A stretch of 64,000 bases of DNA from an uncultured Eubacteriales bacterium. Lineage in GTDB: Bacteria; Acidobacteriota; Aminicenantia; Aminicenantales; UBA8522. Below the pieces are notes generated by a model. The model was not told the DNA's origin and did not search any database. It was given only the letters and a program-made list of their open reading frames with translations. Positions 28,315 to 36,569 of this stretch are shown piece after piece. The stretch spans positions 6,313-70,312 of the forward strand of contig CAZLFV010000001.1 of NCBI GenBank assembly GCA_964558915.1, given 5' to 3'. The position numbers and the translations under genes were made by a program. Within the stretch, counting starts at the first letter, position 1, and each line of letters opens with the position of its first letter.

Positions 28315-30744
28315 ATGACCGGGGACGTCAACGGCAATTCTGAAATTATCCGTAATATCCCGCTCATTCCCTTGCGGGACCTGGTTATTTTCCCCTCGAC
28401 CTTGGTCCCGTTCATCATCGGACGTTTGTCTTCCATCCAGGCCCTAGAAAAGGCCAATGAGAAGGACAAGATGATTTTCCTCTCAGCGCAGATGGATGCG
28501 TCTCTGGATAACCCCACGCCTAAGGATATTTACAGCCTGGGCGTCACGGCCAAGATCATCCGCACGGTCAAATCAGATGAGAAGAACGTCAAGGTCATTG
28601 TCGAGGCCAAGAAAAGGGCCCGTGTGATCGAATACCTGAGCACATACCCCTATTATCAGGTCCTGGCAAAAGTCATCAGAGAGATTGAAGACCGCAGTCC
28701 CGAGGTCAAAGAGCTCCTCAAGCGAGTCCTGGCCCTGTTTGAGGATTATCTGAAACTCAATCAGAACGCCAATATCGAATCCATTATTCCCGCCCTGAGA
28801 GACACGACTCCTGAAAGAATTACGGATATCATTTCTTCCCATCTTTATCTGCCGCTCGAAGAGAAACAGAACTTGCTTGAAACAATCAATATCCTCGAGA
28901 GGATCCGCCGTCTGAACTATCTCCTGGAGAACGAGATCCTGAAGATCCATTCCAAGCTGCGCCGGGAGACAAAGCCGGACCGTCAGAGAATCACTGGCAA
29001 AGAGCCAAGGCAGCCGAATATTTTCTCCCCGGGACCCGGGTTCAGGAAAGAAGACCAGCCCAATGAGATCGAGGAGCTTCGCCAGAAAGTCAAAAAAGCC
29101 AACATGCCCTCTGATGCAGAAGAGAAAGCCTTGAAAGAGATCGAACGACTGGAAACCATGCCTCCGATGTCAGCAGAGGCTACGGTCTGCCGCAACTATT
29201 TGGACTGGTTGCTTTCGTTACCCTGGAACAAGAAGTCCCGAGAGAAGAGAGACCTCAAGGAAGCGGAGAGGATCCTGGACGAAGACCATTATGGTTTGGA
29301 TAAGGTTAAGGACCGGATTATCGAATACCTTTCCATCCGCCAGTTGGTCAAGAATCCCAAGGGCGTCATCTTGGGGTTGATTGGCCCTCCGGGAGTGGGA
29401 AAAAGCTCATTAGGCCGGTCGATTGCCCGGGCCACGGGAAGGAAGTTCGTCCGGCTTTCTCTGGGCGGAGTCCGCGATGAAGCCGAGATCCGAGGACATC
29501 GCAGGACTTATATCGGCGCCTACCCCGGAAGAATTATCCAGATGGTTAAGCGCGCCGGCACGAAGAATCCCGTTTTCCTGCTTGATGAAGTCGATAAGAT
29601 GAGCATGGATTTCCGCGGCGACCCGGCCTCGGCTCTTATGGAAGTCCTTGATCCTGAACAAAATAGCACGTTTCTGGACCATTATATAGATACTGATTTT
29701 GACCTGTCCCAGGTGATGTTTATCGTCACCGCCAATATGCTTGAGCCCATTCCCCGGCCTCTCACAGACCGGATGGAGGTCATCCGCTTGCCTGGATATA
29801 CAGAGGACGAAAAAATCCAGATTGCCAAGCGCTTCTTGCTGCTCAAACAGATGAAAGCCCACGGCCTAAAGGGGAACAACCTGAAGATCACAGACCCGGC
29901 CCTGCAAAAAATCGTCCGGGAATACACACGGGAAGCCGGCGTGCGCAACCTGGAGCGGGAAATCACTTCTATCTGCCGCAAGCTCGTCAAAAGAGTGGTC
30001 GAGAAGGGCAAGGACCATAAGGAACGCGTGAGCCCCAAAAACCTCGAGGCTTATCTCGGGATCCCGAAATACCGCCGCTCAGAAATCGGCAAGAAGGATG
30101 AGATCGGCGCTGCCCTGGGGATGGCCTGGACTGAGTTCGGCGGAGAGCTCCTAACCTTTGAGGCAAACAAGGTTCACGGGAAGGGGAGCTTCACCCTCAC
30201 CGGTCAGCTGGGCGAGATCATGCAGGAATCAGCTCAGGCGGCTTTCAGCTATGTCCGGGGCAAAATATTCGAATTGAATATCGCTAAAGACCTCCATAAG
30301 AACTTTGATATCCACGTCCATGTGCCCGAGGGAGCGACGCCAAAGGAGGGCCCCTCGGCGGGAATAACCATAGCGACATCGATCCTTTCCTTGCTGACCG
30401 ACATTCCGGTCAATAGGAAGGTGGCCATGACCGGAGAAATCACCCTCAAGGGAAAGGTCCTCCCTGTTGGCGGGATTAAAGAAAAACTCCTGGCCGCGCA
30501 TCGCGAAGGCCTTCGAGAAGCAATCATTCCCATAGATAACAAAGCGGACCTGAAGGACTTGCCCAAGGTCATCAAGCAGGATCTCCGGATCCATCTTGTT
30601 GAAAACATGGATGAGGTCCTAAAAATAGCCTTGACAATGGAGCTTCCCCAGAAGCCCCTCAAAGACAATATCCCGGCAACGTCAGAGCTCTCCCAGAGGG
30701 GAGGGGAGGGCGACGGCCCGGCTGAGCCTCCTCTCACCCATTAG
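28315..30744 (+). CDS. lon: ATP-dependent Lon protease (LonA)
   Basis: 809 aa. LON N-domain (IPLIPLRDLVIFP), Walker A GPPGVGKSS, protease site PKEGPSAGIT with downstream K. Confidence 0.97.
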   Translation: MTGDVNGNSEIIRNIPLIPLRDLVIFPSTLVPFIIGRLSSIQALEKANEKDKMIFLSAQMDASLDNPTPKDIYSLGVTAKIIRTVKSDEKNVKVIVEAKKRARVIEYLSTYPYYQVLAKVIREIEDRSPEVKELLKRVLALFEDYLKLNQNANIESIIPALRDTTPERITDIISSHLYLPLEEKQNLLETINILERIRRLNYLLENEILKIHSKLRRETKPDRQRITGKEPRQPNIFSPGPGFRKEDQPNEIEELRQKVKKANMPSDAEEKALKEIERLETMPPMSAEATVCRNYLDWLLSLPWNKKSREKRDLKEAERILDEDHYGLDKVKDRIIEYLSIRQLVKNPKGVILGLIGPPGVGKSSLGRSIARATGRKFVRLSLGGVRDEAEIRGHRRTYIGAYPGRIIQMVKRAGTKNPVFLLDEVDKMSMDFRGDPASALMEVLDPEQNSTFLDHYIDTDFDLSQVMFIVTANMLEPIPRPLTDRMEVIRLPGYTEDEKIQIAKRFLLLKQMKAHGLKGNNLKITDPALQKIVREYTREAGVRNLEREITSICRKLVKRVVEKGKDHKERVSPKNLEAYLGIPKYRRSEIGKKDEIGAALGMAWTEFGGELLTFEANKVHGKGSFTLTGQLGEIMQESAQAAFSYVRGKIFELNIAKDLHKNFDIHVHVPEGATPKEGPSAGITIATSILSLLTDIPVNRKVAMTGEITLKGKVLPVGGIKEKLLAAHREGLREAIIPIDNKADLKDLPKVIKQDLRIHLVENMDEVLKIALTMELPQKPLKDNIPATSELSQRGGEGDGPAEPPLTH

Positions 30745-30880
30745 AATTTTTAATAAAAACAGGATTGCCTTTCGTCTCGCGCAACCGATTGTGAATAGCT
30801 AACAATCTAGACAGGACTAAGAATTCCTGAGAGGAATAAAGGATGATCAATATGAAAATTCATCGCAAGGAGGAATATGC

Positions 30881-32182
30881 ATGACCTCAAAGAGCACAGA
30901 AATGAGAGAGTACGGCTTGGTCGACCTGGAAGAGAAGGAGATGAAAGACCTCGAAAGGATCGCCGGCCAGGCTGGTGTGGAAGACGAGGAAATCGAGGAT
31001 GCCACAAAGCATAACCTTATTTTCAAAATCCTCGAGGCCCAGGCCAAGAGAAACGGCCTGCTTTTTTCCGAGGGTGTTCTGGAGTGCCTGGAGGACGGGT
31101 TCGGGTTCCTGCGCGCCCCAGAATTCAGCTATCTGCCCAGCCAGGATGATATTTATGTCTCTCCCTCTCAGATCCGCAAATTTCAGCTGCGGACGGGAGA
31201 TACTATCTCCGGAATCGTCCGGCCGCCCAAGAACGGGGAGAAATACTTCGCCTTGATCAAGATCGAAGCGATCAACTTCACTCATCCTGATATCCTTCAG
31301 GACATGCGCAGAAACATCCATTTTGAGCACTTGACGCCGCTTTATCCGTTCGAAAAGATCAACCTGGAAGACGGAAATTCAAAGAACATGAATGCCCGGA
31401 TCATGGACCTCTTAACCCCCATCGGCAAAGGTCAAAGAGGCTTGATCGTCTCTCCTCCCAGGGCGGGGAAGACCACGCTGCTCAAAACAATTGCCAAGTC
31501 GATCGAAAAAAATCACCCCGAAATCTTCCTGATCGTTCTTTTGGTGGCGGAGAGGCCGGAAGAGGTTACGGACTTCCAGAGAAGCGTGAGTGGCGAAGTC
31601 GTAGCTTCCACTTTTGACGAGCCGCCCGCCAGAAACGCCCAGGTGGCCAATATCGTCCTGGAAAAGGCCAAGCGGCTGGTCGAAATCAAAAGAGATGTGA
31701 CAATTCTGCTCGACAGTGTGACCAGGCTGGCCCGCGCTCATAACGCCATCATTCCTCCTTCTGGAAAAGTCCTTTCTGGGGGAATTGATGCGAACGCCCT
31801 GAACAAACCCAAGAAATTCTTCGGCTCCGCCCGGAAAATTGAAGAAGGTGGGAGCCTCACCATTGTCGCCACAGCCTTGGTCGATACGGGTAGTCGAATG
31901 GATGACGTCATTTTTGAAGAATTCAAAGGAACCGGAAACATGGAGATCAACCTTGACCGTCGCCTGGTGGACAAGCGCCTTTTTCCGGCGCTCGACATCA
32001 ACCGTTCGGCGACAAGAAAAGAGGAGCTCTTGATTGAAGAAAACGACCTCAACAGGATCTGGATCTTGAGGAAGGTTTTGAGCCAACTCTCCGAGGTCGA
32101 GGCCATGGAGCTCCTGGTTGAAAAGCTTTCTAAGACCAAGACAAACTCGGACTTTCTGAACGCAATGAGCAAGGGGCTGTAG
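30881..32182 (+). CDS. rho: Transcription termination factor Rho
   Basis: 433 aa. Rho N-terminal and CSD-like RNA-binding domain (GFGFLR), Walker A PPRAGKTT, conserved C-terminal ATPase. Confidence 0.97.
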   Translation: MTSKSTEMREYGLVDLEEKEMKDLERIAGQAGVEDEEIEDATKHNLIFKILEAQAKRNGLLFSEGVLECLEDGFGFLRAPEFSYLPSQDDIYVSPSQIRKFQLRTGDTISGIVRPPKNGEKYFALIKIEAINFTHPDILQDMRRNIHFEHLTPLYPFEKINLEDGNSKNMNARIMDLLTPIGKGQRGLIVSPPRAGKTTLLKTIAKSIEKNHPEIFLIVLLVAERPEEVTDFQRSVSGEVVASTFDEPPARNAQVANIVLEKAKRLVEIKRDVTILLDSVTRLARAHNAIIPPSGKVLSGGIDANALNKPKKFFGSARKIEEGGSLTIVATALVDTGSRMDDVIFEEFKGTGNMEINLDRRLVDKRLFPALDINRSATRKEELLIEENDLNRIWILRKVLSQLSEVEAMELLVEKLSKTKTNSDFLNAMSKGL

Positions 32183-32477
32183 GCGGGGCGGGACAAAGAC
32201 TCGCTCTCGTCTAGGCAGGCCCCTTTGCTCGGGCCTCTCTCGCGGATTTTTCCTTTATCGCCTAAAGAATTTGATCGCCCTTGACTCTTCCAATTTAGCT
32301 CAAAAGCGAAACCGGAAGGCTGGAAGCTGGCTGATAACAAAAAATTGCCGGGTTGCAAGTCTTTATAAGCGGGTTTTTGGGGGGTTTTAAAAAAAAGATG
32401 GGAGGTGGGGAAAAAGGCAGAAAAGGGTTGTGATTAATTAAAAACGAAATGGCTTATATCAAAAATAAATTCAAATT

Positions 32478-32505
32478 GCGTCGCATAAGGAATATTATGT
32501 CAACT
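32478..32505. other. dif: dif-like Xer recombination site
   Basis: GCGTCGCATAA-GGAATA-TTATGTCAACT. The 11-6-11 layout has inner arms that are mutually inverted (CATAA / TTATG). The right arm differs at 1 position from B. subtilis dif TTATGTAAACT and at 2 from E. coli TTATGTTAAAT. The left arm matches 8/11 of E. coli GGTGCGCATAA. Sits in an AT-rich convergent spacer at the gene-orientation switch. Confidence 0.6.
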
Positions 32506-32550
32506 ATAGTATTTTCTACCCAAATTTTCTAGCTCAGATAAAGCCCCCTT

Positions 32551-33384
32551 CTATTTTGCCTTGAGCCGAGCCAGGGTCTCTTCCAAAACCCTGATGATTT
32601 CATCTTTCGTAATATTGTGCTTTTTAAACTCGATGCGCAAATGATACGAATCGCTATGCGGAGGCGCATAGCTGAAAACATATGGTTTGGTTGTCTTTTG
32701 CTTGCCTTTGAATTTTTTGGATAGTTCTCTGGTATCCTCCCGCCTGAGACCGCGCGCCGCGATCTCCTCGATGAGGCGTTCCATGTCCTGCTCTTTTTCT
32801 TGTTTTGCGATCTCAATGAGCGTGCTGCGGCTGGAAATATCGTGGGTCTTGCACAGGTCGCGAAGGCGTTTGGGAATGCGGGCGACGTTCACGATTTCGG
32901 TGATCGTCGAGCGGGCTTTGCCGATCTTTTCGGCGAGTTGGCTATGGTTATAGCCGTAGATATCAACAAGGGTTTTAAGGCCGTCTGCCTCCTCGAAGAC
33001 ATCGAGGTCCTTCCGCTGGAGGTTCTCAATCAGGGCGAGCTCAAGGGCTTCGTTGTCCTTGACGTTCATTTCAATGCATGGTATTTCTCTCAAGCCGATG
33101 TTCTTTGAGGCGACATACCGGCGCTCTCCGGCGATAATCTCATAGCGGTCGTTCTTCGGGCGGACCAAGATCGGCTCAAGAATGCCTTTCGCCCTAATGG
33201 AAGCCATAAGCTCTTCGAGGTTGCCCAGTTCGCAGCGGGCCTGTCGAGGGTTGGGGTCGATCCTGTCCAGAGGGATCATGCGGATTCTTGGGCCGGCAAC
33301 GCGGGCCGAGATCAAATCGACAAAATGGTCGTCGTGGCGCATCACGATCGTGTCGGGCAGACCGGATCTTTTAGTTTTTCGCAC
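32551..33384 (-). CDS. parB: Chromosome partitioning protein ParB/Spo0J
   Basis: GTG 33384 with GAGGAG 10 nt upstream, overlapping the parA stop. IDPNPRQAR, GILEPILVRP, IIAGERRYVASK and an HTH region. The 343-aa ORF extension was rejected. Confidence 0.85.
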   Translation of the reverse strand: MRKTKRSGLPDTIVMRHDDHFVDLISARVAGPRIRMIPLDRIDPNPRQARCELGNLEELMASIRAKGILEPILVRPKNDRYEIIAGERRYVASKNIGLREIPCIEMNVKDNEALELALIENLQRKDLDVFEEADGLKTLVDIYGYNHSQLAEKIGKARSTITEIVNVARIPKRLRDLCKTHDISSRSTLIEIAKQEKEQDMERLIEEIAARGLRREDTRELSKKFKGKQKTTKPYVFSYAPPHSDSYHLRIEFKKHNITKDEIIRVLEETLARLKAK

Positions 33385-34135
33385 GCTCGATAATCTCCTC
33401 AGCAATCTTTTTATATTGAAAAGCTCCCACGGAATTCGGAGCATAGGTAAAAATGCTCTCCTTATAAGCGGGGCTTTCTTCGAGTTTGACGCTCTTGGAA
33501 ACATAAGTCTTGAAGACCAGCCTGCCAAAAACTTTGCGGATCCTCTTGACAACGTCTTTGGAAATATTGGTGCGCTTGTCATGGAGCGTAATAAGAATTC
33601 CGAGAACGCGAAGATCCGGGTTGGCCACCTTTTTGACTTTGTCGATCGTCTCGAGCAGGTCGTCGGTTCCCTCGAGGCATAAGTACGATGATTGGATGGG
33701 AATCAAAATGTGTGTTGCGGCCACTAGGGAGTTTAAGGTGATAAGGCCGAGGGTTGGCGGCGTATCGATAACAATATGGTCATATTGAGGCTTGATCGGC
33801 TCAATAATATCCTTGAGGCGAAAATGGCCGTCGATCTCGCCGAGCAACGAGGGCTCCAGCTTGGCCATAGAAATTCTCGAGATGGCAATGTCGAGGCCGG
33901 GAATGGTGGATTTGGCGATAATGCTTTCAAATTTTTGTTCCGGCCGCATCATGACGTCGAACAGCGATTTGGGATGCTCGGACGGGTCGTTCAAGCAGGA
34001 AACTGTGCTGTGAGCCTGAGGATCCGTGTCAATCAGGAGGATCCTATTTCCCATTAACGCGAGGGCCGCAGAGACGTTGAGGGCGGTCGTGGTCTTTCCC
34101 ACTCCTCCTTTTTGATTAGTAATGGCGATGATCAC
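33371..34135 (-). CDS. parA: Chromosome partitioning ATPase ParA/Soj
   Basis: GTG 34135 with GGAGG 7 nt upstream gives VIIAITNQKGGVGKTTT (deviant Walker A) near the N-terminus. About 255 aa, as is typical. Confidence 0.9.
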   Translation of the reverse strand: MIIAITNQKGGVGKTTTALNVSAALALMGNRILLIDTDPQAHSTVSCLNDPSEHPKSLFDVMMRPEQKFESIIAKSTIPGLDIAISRISMAKLEPSLLGEIDGHFRLKDIIEPIKPQYDHIVIDTPPTLGLITLNSLVAATHILIPIQSSYLCLEGTDDLLETIDKVKKVANPDLRVLGILITLHDKRTNISKDVVKRIRKVFGRLVFKTYVSKSVKLEESPAYKESIFTYAPNSVGAFQYKKIAEEIIERAKN

Positions 34136-34362
34136 AATCGGGCCTCCAAGGCGCGAGAAAATATAGGTCATTAGGATAATCAATGAAAAAAGAAAATGCA
34201 AGAAATTTAATGGAAAAAAAATCGGGTCGATTGCGCAAAAAGGGGAAAGAAGTATATATGTTCAGGGGACTCTAAAAGGAAGGGATATATAAAGGAATGT
34301 CGGCATGCCGACATAGGGGCAAGCAGTTGAAAATAAATAAATTAAATTTGAATGGATCTCCC

Positions 34363-35070
34363 CTATCCGGGCATTTTGGGGTCAAGAATGATAATAATTT
34401 TATCGATATCGAGGTGAAAAGCGGACGGCTCAAGGGCTTCTTGAGAAATGGGGTGAAGGACGGAGCAGCATGGAACGGTCATGATTGAAACGATGAGGGA
34501 TTTTATATTGTTCTCATAAAAAATCTCGGCCGACTTATCCACATATCGGTTTGTATCATCGAGCTTGGGGCAAGCGATAATAGGCCTCTTGCCCTCAGGG
34601 AGGTCGTGGTGGAGACTTGCAAGGGGGAAAGCTGTGCAATCGGTGGCGAGTAGTCAATCGGAAGACTTAAACTTGGGCGCGTGGGGAGACTCCAGATGTA
34701 GCTGGATCGGCCAATGGCGGAGCTCGGAGGCGCCAAAAATGGGGTTTTGATGTGTGTCCGCGGGAACTCCATGCCCCTTTCCTGCGGCCGTGGTTCCCCT
34801 TCTGAAAAGGGCTTGTTCATAAGTCGCGGCAGGGTTATAGGCTTCGCTTTGCCTCTCGACTATTGCAAGGGGTCTTGTTGGGCAGACGTCCGAACGGACC
34901 CGCATCCGGTCGCAATAGATTTCTTTCAACAGAACAGCCCCGTTTTCCTTATCTAAGGCGAGGGCTACTCGCCCGCGCAAGCTGTCGTATAAAGTCCGCA
35001 GCCGTTCCAGTTCTCCCAGCAAATTTCGATAATTTTCCTTTTGGGCACTCCAGTCCTCTTTTTTTGGCAA
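34363..35070 (-). pseudogene. Decayed 4Fe-4S dicluster protein gene (WPxQLHL...CPKLDD...VPCC family)
   Basis: In-frame TGA at 34654-34656 splits ...HWPIQLHLESPHAPKFKSSD from LLATDCTAFP...IIACPKLDD...MTVPCCSVL. The second cluster motif reads CDRMRVRSDVCP, with ligand Cys lost. The first cluster motif is visible only in another frame (NGCGLYTTAC). Confidence 0.55.
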
Positions 35071-35126
35071 ATCTCACCAAAGGATATGATTCGCCTTTCG
35101 GCCAGTCTTTGATTAAAGTCAAAAAG

Positions 35127-35639
35127 TCAAGAGGAAAGCGCCTTCCGCATTTTCAGGCATTCTCGGACCTGGATTTGTTTCCCCCGGACTTCAATCAGGC
35201 CTTCCTCCTGCATTTCCCTCGGATTTCTGGAGAGAGCCGGGCTAATTGTGCCCAAAAGCCTGGCCAGGTCAGATTTCTTGATACCGAGTTCCACAAGGCA
35301 GGCCTTCTCTCCCTGGCATTGAGAAAGGAGATACTGAATCAGCCTCTGCCTGACCGTCCGATGACCGAGAGATTCAATCCGTTCGTTGAGAACGAGGCAT
35401 TTTCTCGCCAGCAAGACAAGAAAAAAGCGGCCCAAATAGGTATCGGTTTTGACTTTCTTAAAGAAGGTTCTAGTTCCACCTCCCGGCCTTTTTCGTCCAT
35501 TTTGAAAACGCGGACCTGCCCTTTGAGGATATAAAAAACCAGTGGCGTTCTGCTCGGCCTTGAAAACGACGGCATTTTTGGGGTATGCCCTGGTGGTTCC
35601 CAGAGCCATAGTTTTGCTGTGCAGACTCTCACTCTTCAT
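35127..35639 (-). pseudogene. Frameshifted Crp/Fnr-family regulator
   Basis: The C-terminal HTH (RTVRQRLIQYLL...KSDLARLLGTISPALSR) is in one frame. The cNMP-binding beta-roll (FYILKGQVRVFKMDEKGREVEL) is in another (ORF 35339..35632). At least two frameshifts. Confidence 0.6.
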
Positions 35640-35718
35640 CGGCCTCTCCCCCGCCCGAATACTTGGCCTTTTTGAAGAAGTGTTGTAAATTATTGATAAT
35701 AAACAAGATAATTGGCTC

Positions 35719-36528
35719 TCACGAGCGATCGACCGGAAGAATCAGGCAGGTGGGGCCTCCCCTGCCCTTGAGAAACTCTGATAGGCCAAGAGTGCGGACA
35801 GTGAATCCGGCCAGGCGAAGGCTCTGCGCGGCCAGAGCGTTTCTTTTTTCGACAATAACCGTCTTGTCTCCCAGGGCAATGACATTGGCGCTCGATGATT
35901 CATTCTCATGGATTTCGATTGTGGCAATTCCCCGGAAAAAGTCTTTGGGAAACATACCTTGATAGCACAGGACCGTGTCGGAGCTGACCATGCTCATGGC
36001 GCCGCCGAGGTGCAAGTGGGTCGGCGGCAGAATGATCGTCCTCACTTCATAGTCCATTCGGGCGAGGAGCCGTGACAATTGACTTGCACCAGAGGAATTC
36101 GTTCTCTCGGAGCGTCCGATAAAAGCCGCCTTGCCGGCCAGGATGACGTCTCCCCCTTCAACGCTCCCCGGCGCTTCGATCTTGCCGGCGCAGGGTACCT
36201 TGAGAGAATCCAGGGCCGCAGCAGCCCAGGCTTCCTCTCCCCGTCTTGTTCGAAGTCCCATCCTCAGCTGAATATACCCTTTGGGCGTGACCAGGCTTGT
36301 GTCCCGGACGAAAACAGAATTCGGGTGGCCGGACAGCTCTTTGATCTTGACCACCTGGCTGCCCGATGCCTTGAGCAACCCCTGGAGCTTGCGGTGTTCG
36401 GCCAAGGCTTTTGTCCGGTCAGCAACCTGCCCGATGTTATGTTCCTTCAGATTGGCTACACTAAAGTACTCTCTATTTGGTTCACAGACTACGACGCGCT
36501 GCAACTTGTGACCTTCGTTTTTGACCAT
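35719..36528 (-). CDS. Amidinotransferase-superfamily hydrolase (dimethylarginine dimethylaminohydrolase-like)
   Basis: 269 aa. NSVFVRD, HLHLGGAMS and C-terminal GGPTCL (catalytic Cys) pattern of the DDAH/ADI fold. Confidence 0.7.
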   Translation of the reverse strand: MVKNEGHKLQRVVVCEPNREYFSVANLKEHNIGQVADRTKALAEHRKLQGLLKASGSQVVKIKELSGHPNSVFVRDTSLVTPKGYIQLRMGLRTRRGEEAWAAAALDSLKVPCAGKIEAPGSVEGGDVILAGKAAFIGRSERTNSSGASQLSRLLARMDYEVRTIILPPTHLHLGGAMSMVSSDTVLCYQGMFPKDFFRGIATIEIHENESSSANVIALGDKTVIVEKRNALAAQSLRLAGFTVRTLGLSEFLKGRGGPTCLILPVDRS

Positions 36529-36569
36529 GTTGTTTTGCTTTCTCCAAATCTCCCGAATCCCGCGATTTT

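Noticed and set aside
33385-33582. N-terminal extensions of the parB ORF (to 33582) and the parA ORF (to 34201)
   Set aside because: The extensions overlap the upstream gene or add non-conserved residues before the Walker A / ParB N-terminus. Internal GTG starts have proper SD sites and give typical protein lengths.
34535-34543. Perfect DnaA box TTATCCACA near parAB as evidence for oriC
   Set aside because: It is a single copy lying inside a pseudogene, and a 9-mer is expected by chance at about this frequency in 128 kb of two-strand sequence. Gene orientation converges rather than diverges here.
34654-34656. In-frame TGA in the Fe-S protein gene as a selenocysteine codon or alternative genetic code
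   Set aside because: By my recollection of homologues (ADLLxAADC), the codon aligns with a hydrophobic position, not a Cys. Many genes in the window terminate with TGA. The same gene shows additional frame disruptions. A nonsense mutation is more likely.
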